Part shown: positions 19,551 to 28,814 of the stretch, piece by piece
Position numbering within the stretch: the stretch's first letter is position 1
Layout: the number at the start of each line of letters is the position of its first letter
From: an uncultured bacterium
Lineage (GTDB): Bacteria; Patescibacteriota; Minisyncoccia; Phycocordibacterales; GWA1-40-21
NCBI GenBank assembly: GCA_963716205.1
Contig: OY970290.1
Coordinates: forward strand, 175,417 to 239,416
Length of the DNA stretch: 64,000 bases
Direction of reading: 5' to 3'
Translations under genes and position numbers: made by a program
The notes under the pieces: model-generated
Databases searched by the model: none
The model's input: the letters and a program-made list of their open reading frames with translations, nothing else
Told to the model about the DNA's origin: nothing

Positions 19551-21285
19551 TCCTATTTTCTTTCTCTTCTTTTATTTTTTTAATAAATTCTTCAAGTTTT
19601 ATCTGTCCGAGCTGGCCTTTGTCCCGCGACTCGACGGAAATTTTACCAGCCTCAATATCTTTGTCGCCGATGATGACAGTGTAAGGAATTTTATTATTTT
19701 TTGCATCGCGGATTTTTCCGCCCATATTGCCTTCATTTGTGTCGCAGTCAATCCTGAAACCAGCAACTTTCAATTCCTTTGCGATTTTTTCCGCGTGTGC
19801 ATTATGATTTTCCCTGACAGGGACGATTTTGATCTGTGCCGGTGCGAGCCAAAGCGGGAAGTTGCCGGCATAATGTTCGATGAGAATTCCCATGAATCTT
19901 TCCGGAGAGCCGATGATCGCCCGATGAATCATCATCGGAGTTTTTATTTTTCCGTCTTTGTCCGTGTAAATCAATTTAAATCTTTCCGGCATGATTAAAT
20001 CGAGTTGTATCGTGGAAATCTGCCATTCTCTGTCGAGGGAATCTTTTGTCATGATATCCATTTTTGGTCCATAAATGGCGGCTTCTCCGACAGCTCGGAC
20101 ATATTCAATTTTATTTTCAACGAGAATTTCCTCGAGGATTTTCTGGGCTTTTTCCCAAATGTCAGCACTACCCAAATATGTTTCCGGATTTTCCGGATCC
20201 CAAAGCGAAAGGCGAATTGAATAATTCATTTTATATGTTTTGAGGGCTTTTTGGATAATTCCCAAAACATTTACAAACTCTTCTTTGATCTGGTCTTCAC
20301 GGCAAAAAGCATGAGCATCATCCTGACAGAAGCATCGCAATCTTGTCAGACCGGAAAGTTCTCCTGGCTTTTCATCTCTATACAGATTTGCAAAGTCGGC
20401 AATGCGCACCGGCAAATCCCGATAGCTTCTACTTTCCGATGCGTAAATCTGTGTGTGTTGTGGACAATTCATTGGCTTGAGGAAATATTCTTCTTTTGAA
20501 TAATTCGACATCACTTTCAGCATGCTGTCTTTATATTTTTCATAATGTCCGGAAACTTTGAAAAGCTCAGCTTTGTTGATATTCGGTGTATGGACTTCCT
20601 GATAGCCGATTGCTTCCTGCAGTTCGCGCGAATAATCCATTATTTCTTTTCTGACAATTGAACCTTTAAATGTATAAAGTGGAAGACCAGGACCTACAAG
20701 ATCGGAAAAAACAAAAAGCCCGAGCTCTTTGCCGAGTTTTTTGTGGTCGCGCGCTTTTGCCTCCTCAATCCTTTTTATATAACTTTCCAAATCTGCTTTT
20801 GTCTCAAATGCCAATCCATAAATGCGGGTGAGCATTTTATTTTTCTCATCACCGCGCCAATATGCGCCAGCGACACGGTCGAGCTTGAAAGCATCCTTTG
20901 CGATTTCTTTGATATCATCGACATGTCCGCCTGCGCAGAAGTCGAGGAATTCACCGGATTTGTAGGTCGTAAGCTTGTCGCCTTTTTCTGCGTGCTCCTT
21001 GATCAGTTCAAGTTTGTACGGATTATGAGAGAAAAATTTTTCAGCTTCTTTTTCGGTGACGTCAGTCTTTTCAAAACCTTTCCATTTCTTGAGAAGTTCC
21101 CGCATTTTCTGCTCTATCTTTCCCAAATCTTTGTCGGTGATCGGCTCTGCAAAATCAAAGTCATAATAAAAGCCGTTGTCGATCGCAGGACCGATGGCGA
21201 GCTTGGTTTCCGGCCAGATTTCAAGCACTGATGCACCGAGCAGGTGAGCCAGAGAATGTCGTATCTTTTTGAGTTTTTCGTCCAT
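19546..21285 (-). CDS. thrS: threonine--tRNA ligase (lacks N-terminal TGS domain)
   Basis: 579 aa; begins at the HSLAHLLGASVLEIWP second additional domain, class II core (FKPMNCPQH..., RIADFANLYRDE...) and anticodon-binding C-terminus. Confidence 0.9.
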   Translation of the reverse strand: MDEKLKKIRHSLAHLLGASVLEIWPETKLAIGPAIDNGFYYDFDFAEPITDKDLGKIEQKMRELLKKWKGFEKTDVTEKEAEKFFSHNPYKLELIKEHAEKGDKLTTYKSGEFLDFCAGGHVDDIKEIAKDAFKLDRVAGAYWRGDEKNKMLTRIYGLAFETKADLESYIKRIEEAKARDHKKLGKELGLFVFSDLVGPGLPLYTFKGSIVRKEIMDYSRELQEAIGYQEVHTPNINKAELFKVSGHYEKYKDSMLKVMSNYSKEEYFLKPMNCPQHTQIYASESRSYRDLPVRIADFANLYRDEKPGELSGLTRLRCFCQDDAHAFCREDQIKEEFVNVLGIIQKALKTYKMNYSIRLSLWDPENPETYLGSADIWEKAQKILEEILVENKIEYVRAVGEAAIYGPKMDIMTKDSLDREWQISTIQLDLIMPERFKLIYTDKDGKIKTPMMIHRAIIGSPERFMGILIEHYAGNFPLWLAPAQIKIVPVRENHNAHAEKIAKELKVAGFRIDCDTNEGNMGGKIRDAKNNKIPYTVIIGDKDIEAGKISVESRDKGQLGQIKLEEFIKKIKEEKENRK

Positions 21286-21343
21286 AGGTTTATTATAAAC
21301 AAAAATGCTTGAAAAACAATGAGATTTTAAGAAAATTTTATTC

Positions 21344-21372
21344 TTGACACCAAGTTTATTTTCTGGTACTCT
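21344..21372 (+). promoter_or_regulatory. sigma70-like promoter (TTGACA-17-TACTCT)
   Basis: TTGACA at 21344-21349, 17-nt spacer, TACTCT at 21367-21372, upstream of the 21440 gene. Confidence 0.4.
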
Positions 21373-21439
21373 CTGACCAAGTTGTTAACACTTAGTGATT
21401 ATTTTAAAAACTGAGTGAGTTTAAAAACAGGAGAAAAAA

Positions 21440-21730
21440 ATGATACAACAAATTGTTGGTTTTTTGTCGTTGATTGGAATAGTTTCATTCGGCATTTTTT
21501 TGAGCTATGTAATTAACGGCCCAAAACAATGCCAAAAATGCAATACGGTGACGACAAATCGTTTTTGCACGTCCTGCGGAATGAAAACCCTTCCTCTTCC
21601 GCGTTGCAAATATTGTTGGACACATATATATCCACATGACTTGCATTGTGGTGGATGTGCCGCTCACCGTACGAGTGCAATAAAAATTAAAAATCAACGA
21701 AGTGCACTAGGTGAGGTTACTCATTTGTAG
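21440..21730 (+). CDS. small membrane-anchored zinc-ribbon protein, hypothetical
   Basis: 96 aa; N-terminal TM helix then CQKCNTV...CTSCG...CKYC...CGGC four Cys pairs. Confidence 0.45.
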   Translation: MIQQIVGFLSLIGIVSFGIFLSYVINGPKQCQKCNTVTTNRFCTSCGMKTLPLPRCKYCWTHIYPHDLHCGGCAAHRTSAIKIKNQRSALGEVTHL

Positions 21731-21749
21731 AGTCCACCAGATGTTGTAG

Positions 21750-21788
21750 CACCCCTCGCAGAAATTTTGCGAGGGGCTATTTTTTTTA
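21750..21788. terminator. bidirectional rho-independent terminator
   Basis: cccctcgc-agaaattttg-cgagggg stem followed by TATTTTTTTT; sits between the convergent 21440 gene and dnaE. Confidence 0.55.
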
Positions 21789-24700
21789 TTCCAACTCCTT
21801 CAACCTTTCCAGCACCAAACTGATCTCGCCATTACGTTCTGAAACTTTGCAGATAGCAGCAATGCATTTGTCGACCGCAATGATATTTTTGTATTGGGCG
21901 TAGGTGCGCGGGAAGACGACCGCTTCAATGACGCTGGAAAGATCGGCGATTTTCAGAAATGCCATCACTTCATTATTTTTCGTCATGATCACACGCAATT
22001 CTTCAATGATCCCACCGATCGGCTTGCCGCCGTCGATTTCATTTTTCACTGCCGCAGTTTCTTCTTTGATCCGTTTTATATTGATCGGCTGTTTTTCCAA
22101 AATCGCTCTGAATTTATCAAGCGGATGTCCGGAAATATACAGTCCAAGCAATTCTTTTTCCCATAAAAGTTTGTCTTTCAACGTCGCCGGCTCGGCTGGC
22201 TCAAGGCGGAAGTTTTCATTTTTACCTCCATCGAACATTCCAAAAAGGGAATCCTGATCTTGATTTTTTGTCGCAACTTCTTTGCAATATTTGAGCATGT
22301 TTTCGAGATTGGCAAGCATCACGCCGCGGTCGGTGAATTCATGGAGTGCTCCGGCTTTTACTAGTGCTTCAAGCGATCGCTTATTAATATTTTTTCCCGC
22401 CATTCTTTCAAGAAAATCCGAGAGGGATTTGAATTTACCTTTTTCTTTTCTGTTGGTGATGATCGCATCGGAAATATCCGAGCCGAAATTTTTGATCGTC
22501 ATCAAACCAAATCTAATTTTATCTCTATTCTCGCCGGTATCATGCGGAGAAACACCCGGAGTTTTGACGACGGTGAAATCGCTGAAACTTTCATTGACGG
22601 ATGGCGAAAGAACGGGAATTCCCATTTTTTTGCAGTCCGCGATAAACTCGCCGATTTTTTCCACATCGCCCGAGTCGGCGGTCAGAACGGCAGACATATA
22701 TATGGCGGGGAAGTTGGCTTTCATGTAGGCGGTCTGATATGAGACGCGGCCATAGCTTGCGGCGTGGGCTTTGTTGAAACCGTAGCCTTGGAACGGTTCA
22801 AACAAATTCCAAAGCGTCTCCGCTTTTTTTGGCGTCATTTTGCCGTGCTTGACGCAGCCTTCGACGAATTTGACATGCTGTTTCAACATTTCCTCTGGAA
22901 TTTTCTTGCCGACGGCTTTTCTGAATTTATCCGCTTCGCCCCACGTGTAGCCGGCAATTTCAATGGCGGTCATCAACAAATCATCCTGATACACGAGCAC
23001 GCCAAACGTGGTGTCGAGATATTCTTTCATTTGCGAATGCATATAGGTCGCCGGTTTTTCGCCGTGCTTGCGGGCAATGTATTCGTAAATATTATCCATT
23101 GGTCCCGGGCGGTAGAGTGCGACCATGACATTGATGTCGTGAATGTTTGTCGGCACCAATTCCTTTAAAACTTTTGTCATGCCGGAGCCGTTGAGCTGAA
23201 ATACGCCGACGGTTTCTCCGCGTGCAAGCATGCCGTAAGTGAGCTTGTCGTCAAGCGCAATCTCCTCGATATCAAGATCGATATTTTCAATGATTTTTAC
23301 CCGATGCACCGCATCAGCGAGAATGGAAAGATTCCTGATGCCGAGAAAATCGAATTTCAAAAGTCCGACGCCGTCTTCACCGACAGAATTCATATCATAT
23401 TGAGTGATAATTTTATTTCCTTCTTTGGTGTCGTATTGCAAAGGGACATAATTAACGAGCGGACTCGGTGCAATGACGACTCCCGCAGCATGGACAGAAA
23501 TGTGCCGCGCGCAGCCTTCGATCTTTTTCGCCATATCCATGATTGTTTTCGCATCTTTGTCTTTTTCATATAGCTCATCGAGCTCCGGAACATCTTTGAG
23601 TGCTTTATCAATGGTCATCGGAAATCCTTGGGCTCCGAGTGGGATAAGCTTTGCAATTTTATCCGCGAGCGGCAAAGGAAAGCCCATCGCCCGTGCGACA
23701 TCGCGGCAGGCGCCGCGCGCCATCATGGTGCCGAAAGTTCCAATCTGCGCGACATTTTCCTTACCGTATTTTTCACGGACATAGTCAATCACTTCATCAC
23801 GCCTTTTGTCCGCAAGATCCATATCAATATCCGGTGCCGAGGGCCTTTCCGGATTGAGAAATCTTTCAAACGGAAGCTTGTATTCGATCGGATTGATTTT
23901 GGTGATGCCGGTCAGATACGAAACCATCGATCCTGCCACCGAACCTCTGGTATTTGAAAAAATATTGTGTTCCGTCGCGTATTTCAATAGATCTGCCACG
24001 ACCAAAAAGTATTGAGAATATTTTTTATTTTTAATGACCTCAAGCTCATATTCTAGCCGTTCAATAACTTCCTGCGAATGATGTAATTTTCTTTTATCGA
24101 TTCCTTCGTAAGCGATCCGTTTCAATTCCTCGTCGTATGAAAGCCCGTTTTCCGCGATGAATTTTGGAAAAACCCACGCATCTTTGCCGAGAACAATTTC
24201 CACGTTGCACATATCGGCAATTTTTTTTGTATTTGAAAGCGCGCTCGGCTCATCTTTAAAATATATTTCCGCCTGCTCGCTTGAAATGAAAGAAAAATCA
24301 TCGCTGCTTTCGCGTTCGCTTCGATCGGAAAAATCCGAGTGCGAATTGACCGAGACAAGCGTATCGCGTGCCTGCTTGTCCTCCGACTTCAAATAATACA
24401 CATCGTGCGCGGCGACAAGCTCGGTGTTTGTAGCTTTTGCAATTTTTGTAATCTGTTCTTTGAGCTCAAGCTGGCCTTCAATCTCCGGATGATGGGTGAT
24501 TTCCAAAAAGAAATTATCCGCGCCGAATATTTTTTTATGCCACGCTATCAGTTCATTCGCTTTTTCAACATCATTATTTTTCAAGGCGATTGAAATTTCT
24601 CCCGCAAAATGCGGCGAGACGGCAATGATCCCTTCGGAATATTTTTCAATCAGTTCATGATCAATTCTCGGCTTGTAATAAAATCCATCAAGGTATGAGT

Positions 24701-25025
24701 CAGTGACGAGCTTGATCAAGTTTTGATATCCATCATGATTTTTGGCAAGGAGCACAAGTCGAGTGCGGCGATTGTCCACTCCGCCTTGTTTGTCATTGCG
24801 TGTTCGCGCTGCGACATAAAAATCCACACCGATAATCGGCTTCACGCCATTTTTTTTGCATGATTGATAAAACTCAATCGCGCCGTACATGTTGCCGGCA
24901 TCAGTGAGTGCAAGCGCTGGCATTTCAAAATCTTTCGCGGCTTTTACAAGCTCTTTGATTTTTGGCAGAGCGTTGAGCAGGGAATAGTGCGAGTGAGTAT
25001 GGAGATGGATAAATTTTTCGGACAT
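21786..25025 (-). CDS. dnaE: DNA polymerase III alpha subunit
   Basis: 1079 aa; N-terminal PHP domain FIHLHTHSHYSLLNA..., polymerase core, OB-fold C-terminus. Confidence 0.95.
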   Translation of the reverse strand: MSEKFIHLHTHSHYSLLNALPKIKELVKAAKDFEMPALALTDAGNMYGAIEFYQSCKKNGVKPIIGVDFYVAARTRNDKQGGVDNRRTRLVLLAKNHDGYQNLIKLVTDSYLDGFYYKPRIDHELIEKYSEGIIAVSPHFAGEISIALKNNDVEKANELIAWHKKIFGADNFFLEITHHPEIEGQLELKEQITKIAKATNTELVAAHDVYYLKSEDKQARDTLVSVNSHSDFSDRSERESSDDFSFISSEQAEIYFKDEPSALSNTKKIADMCNVEIVLGKDAWVFPKFIAENGLSYDEELKRIAYEGIDKRKLHHSQEVIERLEYELEVIKNKKYSQYFLVVADLLKYATEHNIFSNTRGSVAGSMVSYLTGITKINPIEYKLPFERFLNPERPSAPDIDMDLADKRRDEVIDYVREKYGKENVAQIGTFGTMMARGACRDVARAMGFPLPLADKIAKLIPLGAQGFPMTIDKALKDVPELDELYEKDKDAKTIMDMAKKIEGCARHISVHAAGVVIAPSPLVNYVPLQYDTKEGNKIITQYDMNSVGEDGVGLLKFDFLGIRNLSILADAVHRVKIIENIDLDIEEIALDDKLTYGMLARGETVGVFQLNGSGMTKVLKELVPTNIHDINVMVALYRPGPMDNIYEYIARKHGEKPATYMHSQMKEYLDTTFGVLVYQDDLLMTAIEIAGYTWGEADKFRKAVGKKIPEEMLKQHVKFVEGCVKHGKMTPKKAETLWNLFEPFQGYGFNKAHAASYGRVSYQTAYMKANFPAIYMSAVLTADSGDVEKIGEFIADCKKMGIPVLSPSVNESFSDFTVVKTPGVSPHDTGENRDKIRFGLMTIKNFGSDISDAIITNRKEKGKFKSLSDFLERMAGKNINKRSLEALVKAGALHEFTDRGVMLANLENMLKYCKEVATKNQDQDSLFGMFDGGKNENFRLEPAEPATLKDKLLWEKELLGLYISGHPLDKFRAILEKQPINIKRIKEETAAVKNEIDGGKPIGGIIEELRVIMTKNNEVMAFLKIADLSSVIEAVVFPRTYAQYKNIIAVDKCIAAICKVSERNGEISLVLERLKELE

Positions 25026-25137
25026 AGTTGCTTTCAGTATAACAAAAATTTTTCAAAACAAACCGATTGACATAAAAGATTTTGATATATATAGTTGAGA
25101 GAAAGAAGTTCTTTAATTTAAAAATAGGGGTGAAGAA

Positions 25138-25485
25138 ATGAAGATTTCTCGAGGAATGACCCTTCGTCAATTTATACAAGTAGATAAAAAAGAGCTTATT
25201 CCGCAAGTTGGGAAAGAGAGCTTTGACTGGCAGCTTAAATGGGCTCAACAGGAAGAAAAAGAATCTTTGGAGTCTCCTCTCGCACATTTTTATTTCTTAT
25301 TCATGAGATCAGGAGAGAAAGAAAGATCATCAAGTTTTTTGTTGGCACACAAAGAAGAACTCATCAAAAAATTCGGTAAGGAAGCGATAGATCACATCCT
25401 TCATCCGAAAAGAAAAAAAAGAGAAGTAAAAAAAGAACATTGGTTTCAAAAGTTGTTTCAAAAAGTTTTCAAGGCGCACATATGA
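25138..25485 (+). CDS. hypothetical protein
   Basis: 115 aa ORF, Lys/Glu-rich, no recognised motif. Confidence 0.35.
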   Translation: MKISRGMTLRQFIQVDKKELIPQVGKESFDWQLKWAQQEEKESLESPLAHFYFLFMRSGEKERSSSFLLAHKEELIKKFGKEAIDHILHPKRKKREVKKEHWFQKLFQKVFKAHI

Positions 25486-25509
25486 TAAAATCAATGTGCG
25501 CCTTTTTGT

Positions 25510-26131
25510 ATGATGAAAAATAAACAAAAAATAAAATATATTATCGGCATCGATGAAGTCGGGCGGGGACCACTTGCCGGACCGGTTGCCGTGTGTACGT
25601 TCAAAATGCCGGTGGATTTTAACGCGAGGAAATTCGGCAAAATAAAAGATTCGAAGAAATTGAGTGCCGAAAATCGCGAAGCGATTTTCGGCATGCTTTG
25701 CGCTCTCAAAAAAATTAAAAAAGTTGATTACTCAGTTTGTTATGAAAGTGCACAAAGGATAGATGAGATCGGTCTCGGCAAGGTGGTTAAAAACTGCATA
25801 CAAAATTCCCTGAAGAATTTAAAATTGAAGCCGAATAAATGCATGGTTTTGCTCGATGGCGGACTTAAAAGCTCCAATCCGGTTTAAAAATCAAAAGACG
25901 ATTATAAAGGGGGATGAAAAAGAGCGGGCAATCGCTTTTGCTTCTATCGTTGCCAAAGTTTCCCGTGATGCTTTGATGCGTAAATTTTCCCAAAAATATT
26001 TCCAATATGGTTTTGAAATCCATAAAGGATACGGGACAAAAATGCACCGTGAAGCAATACAAAAACACGGTTTTTCAGTCGTTCACCGCAAATCTTTTTG
26101 CAGGAATATAACCATTGACAAATCCATATAA
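25510..26131 (+). pseudogene. rnhB: ribonuclease HII interrupted by a +1 frameshift in an A4 run (two ORF pieces 25510-25887 and 25856-26131)
   Basis: Piece 1 IIGIDEVGRGPLAGPV (DEVGRG) ends ...LLDGGLKSSNPV*; piece 2 in the +1 frame continues ...KAPIRFKNQKTIIKGDEKERAIAFASIVAK...HKGYGT...HRKSF; deleting one A of ggacttAAAAgctcc at about 25866-25869 restores LLDGGLKAPIRF... Confidence 0.75.
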
Positions 26132-26218
26132 GTATGTAAAATTACATGTAGATCTACTGAATCGTCATTGATTCACCCAGTTGTTTGATTTTGAAAATTT
26201 AGTTGAACCGAGGTTGCC

Positions 26219-26833
26219 ATGAGCCTATTTGAAAACTTTAACGTTGTGACTCACCACTCTGTGCTGTTTTGCACAAAGGAGTTTTCGGAAACAGGTTTGT
26301 GCATACTTGCTGTTTCTGAGGATAAATATGAGGGTGCTGCGCACAAAGCTCCGGGAGGAACGAATAAGAATCATCCTGACGAAACGCCGTTTAAAACTTT
26401 AAGACGCAAGGGAGATGAGGAAGCCAAGATTTTTATTAAAAAAGCAAGGATGTTTTTTAAAGAAGAAATACGATGGCATAAAAGAATGTATTTCTTTGTA
26501 GAAAAATATTCTCGCAAAATCCCTTTTGTATATCCTGCAGAAGTCTCAAATGGCGCGGGAATCACAGCATATTGGCTGCCAATCCGGGAATTTGTTGGTG
26601 ACGGACTTTGGAAAACGCAGCGGTCTGCCGTTGCAAAGCTTGTTTGTGAGATTTTGCCCGAGTATTATTCCAATTTTGCCAACGAATATGCGGATGTGAT
26701 TGAAAGAGTACAATCCGCAGATTTCATCAAAAACAGGGAAACGAGAAAGGAGGTAAAGCCGAACATCCTCGAGAGATTTTTCTTTTCTCCGCTCAAGGAT
26801 ACTTTGAGAGAATTTTCAGAAATGTGTTTTTAG
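26219..26833 (+). CDS. NUDIX-like hydrolase domain protein (tentative)
   Basis: 204 aa; GLCILAVSED...APGGTNKNHPDETPFKTLRRKGDEEAKIF approximates the Nudix box G-x5-E-x7-REUxEExGU. Confidence 0.4.
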   Translation: MSLFENFNVVTHHSVLFCTKEFSETGLCILAVSEDKYEGAAHKAPGGTNKNHPDETPFKTLRRKGDEEAKIFIKKARMFFKEEIRWHKRMYFFVEKYSRKIPFVYPAEVSNGAGITAYWLPIREFVGDGLWKTQRSAVAKLVCEILPEYYSNFANEYADVIERVQSADFIKNRETRKEVKPNILERFFFSPLKDTLREFSEMCF

Positions 26834-27000
26834 TTGAGGAATTTTAAACTTCCGGGAATCACTTTGTGTGGTTTCCGGATTTTTATTTGGCTAAAATAGC
26901 TTACTTGACAAATTTATATTTTAATGTATTATTATAAACAGAAGCACCGTATTCGGTTGAAAAATCGAATAAGAAGCTAGAAGGACAAATTGAAAATGAG

Positions 27001-27510
27001 GTGAAAGCCATGACTGTTATAAATAAATCAGTTTACGGACTTTTTGTTGATGAGCAAGTGGGAAAGTTATCCGTTCTGGCAGTGATGGATAAATGTTGCG
27101 CAGATCGGACTTTTTTGCCTGGAGGTTTAATTCAGGGGGTTGAACAGCCCGTTGAAGCTCTTGTGAGAAGAGTTTGGGAACAGACAAGACGCGTTGTTCG
27201 CAGATCCGAGTTTGTTCTTGAAGAGGATCGGAATGAAAGCAACGCCATTTCAATTAGCATTTTTCATCGCATATTTCGGATCGGGAAATTATCTGAATCT
27301 GCGAGAAGTAGGCATTTTCATGAAGGGAAACATGAGTATGCCACGGGCTTACTTGAAATAAATAGGTTCTCGGAAAAGTTGGATCCCAGTCAGGAAGAAG
27401 GTTTTTTGAAAGGACTAAGTCGGACACACTCCTTCCATGGGAATCCAGAGTTCTGTAGAAACAATCCAGAAGTTCTTAAAATTTTTTTGAAGAAGGTAAA
27501 ATTTCAATAA
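27001..27510 (+). CDS. NUDIX-like protein with degenerate Nudix box (tentative)
   Basis: 169 aa; LSVLAVMDKCCADRTFLPGGLIQGVEQPVEALVRRVWEQTRRVV (PGG...E...RRxxEQ in place of RExxEE). Confidence 0.35.
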   Translation: MKAMTVINKSVYGLFVDEQVGKLSVLAVMDKCCADRTFLPGGLIQGVEQPVEALVRRVWEQTRRVVRRSEFVLEEDRNESNAISISIFHRIFRIGKLSESARSRHFHEGKHEYATGLLEINRFSEKLDPSQEEGFLKGLSRTHSFHGNPEFCRNNPEVLKIFLKKVKFQ

Positions 27511-27598
27511 AATTTTAAAAATTACAAAAAGGCCGGGGAATCTAAAAAATTCCTCAGGCCTTTTCTTTTTATATAAAATAGGCTATACTCTTCCCACT

Positions 27599-27814
27599 AT
27601 GGTAAATCGAATGAGACACAACAGATCCCAAAGAGGATCTACCAGATCGCATCATGCACTTTCGGGAATTTCACTGACGAAATGCCCGGATTGCGGCAAG
27701 CCGGTCGCCAGACATCAAATCTGCCAGAATTGTGGCAAATATCGGGGCAAAGTCATAATCAATATGGAGCCGAAGAAAAAAGTTGAAAAGAAAGCGGTAA
27801 AAGGAAAGAAATAA
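27599..27814 (+). CDS. rpmF: 50S ribosomal protein L32 (zinc-ribbon form)
   Basis: 71 aa; MVNRMRHNRSQRGSTRSHHALSGISLTKCPDCGKPVARHQICQNCGKYRGKVI matches L32 N-terminus plus C4 ribbon. Confidence 0.75.
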   Translation: MVNRMRHNRSQRGSTRSHHALSGISLTKCPDCGKPVARHQICQNCGKYRGKVIINMEPKKKVEKKAVKGKK

Positions 27815-27829
27815 AAATACAATAATAAT

Positions 27830-27866
27830 AAAGAGCGGCGCCGTAGGCGCCGCTCTTTTCTTTTCT
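27830..27866. terminator. rho-independent terminator (agagcggcgcc stem family, copy 2)
   Basis: aagagcggcgcc-gtag-ggcgccgctcttttcttttc after rpmF; same stem as the 17031 and 36047 copies. Confidence 0.65.
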
Positions 27867-27912
27867 CATAAATTTGCTAGACTATATTCAGTACTTAATA
27901 TAGTCAATATAT

Positions 27913-28812
27913 ATGTCAAGCAGGCACCTTGCAAGATCAATAGTTCTCCAAACCGCCTTTGAGTGGGATTTTCGCAATCTGTCTCGGGATGAGGCCATTT
28001 CCTCGCTTTCGCGAAATGCAAAAGAATTCGGCGACGGCGATTCGGAAAAAACTTTTTCTGAAAATCTTTTGAAAGGCATCATTGATAAGAAGTCAGACCT
28101 TGATTCGATTATCGTCAAAGCTGCTCCGGACTGGCCGATTGAGAAAATTTCCATTGTCGACAGGAATATCCTGCGCATCGGGCTTTACGAGCTTCTTTTT
28201 TCCGACCGGAAAGAAGTGCCGGCAAAAGTCGCCATCAATGAAGCCATCGAACTTGCCAAAGTGTATGGCGGGGAAAAGTCCGGCGGTTTCATTAACGGCG
28301 TTCTCGGTACGATTTACAAAGAGCTCGGCGAGCCGGGCAAAGAAGAAGTTTCCAAAAAGCACAACAAAGACATTCCGTTTGAAAAAATGCCGATTAAGCG
28401 CCTTGCCGGTGCGGTCGTGTATGCTATCAAAGACAATAATATATATTTTGCTTTTGTTCATGATGTGTTTGGCAGATGGACGCTTTCGAAAGACAAAATA
28501 AAAGAGAATGAAGAACTTAAAGATGGCGCGATTCGAGGCGTAAAAGAAAAACTGGGCATTGATGTGACTATAGAAGAAGAACTTTTGAATAACGAATATA
28601 TTGCGAATCATCCGCAGGAAGGCAAAATCAGAAAGCAAGTCACATATTTTCTTGCACATGCAAAAATGGAAGAACTAAAACTTGGCGAGAGCGGCGGGCT
28701 TGACGATGCGCAATGGTTCAAGCTGCAGGATATTCAAACATTGAATTTTTACAACGACATCTTGCCGATTATCACAAAGGCGATTACCATCATCAGCAGC
28801 AGAAAGTCATAA
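27913..28812 (+). CDS. nusB: transcription antitermination factor NusB fused to a C-terminal NUDIX-like domain
   Basis: 299 aa; residues 1-140 NusB-like (ARSIVLQTAFEWDF..., VAINEAIELAKVYGGEKSGGFINGVLG); residues about 165-299 NUDIX-like (LAGAVVYAIKDNN...LSKDKIKENEELKDGAIRGVKEKLGIDV, degenerate Nudix box). Confidence 0.75.
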   Translation: MSSRHLARSIVLQTAFEWDFRNLSRDEAISSLSRNAKEFGDGDSEKTFSENLLKGIIDKKSDLDSIIVKAAPDWPIEKISIVDRNILRIGLYELLFSDRKEVPAKVAINEAIELAKVYGGEKSGGFINGVLGTIYKELGEPGKEEVSKKHNKDIPFEKMPIKRLAGAVVYAIKDNNIYFAFVHDVFGRWTLSKDKIKENEELKDGAIRGVKEKLGIDVTIEEELLNNEYIANHPQEGKIRKQVTYFLAHAKMEELKLGESGGLDDAQWFKLQDIQTLNFYNDILPIITKAITIISSRKS

Positions 28813-28814
28813 CT

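Noticed and set aside
21286-21440. Possible T-box leader upstream of thrS (minus strand)
   Set aside because: The upstream non-coding region is only about 150 nt, shorter than typical T-box leaders, and I could not identify a specifier loop, T-box sequence or antiterminator. The region instead contains a plus-strand promoter for the divergent gene.
25856-25890. Programmed ribosomal frameshift in rnhB
   Set aside because: The shift maps to a simple A4 homopolymer without a slippery heptamer or a downstream stimulatory structure; an indel (sequencing error or pseudogenisation) is the simpler explanation.
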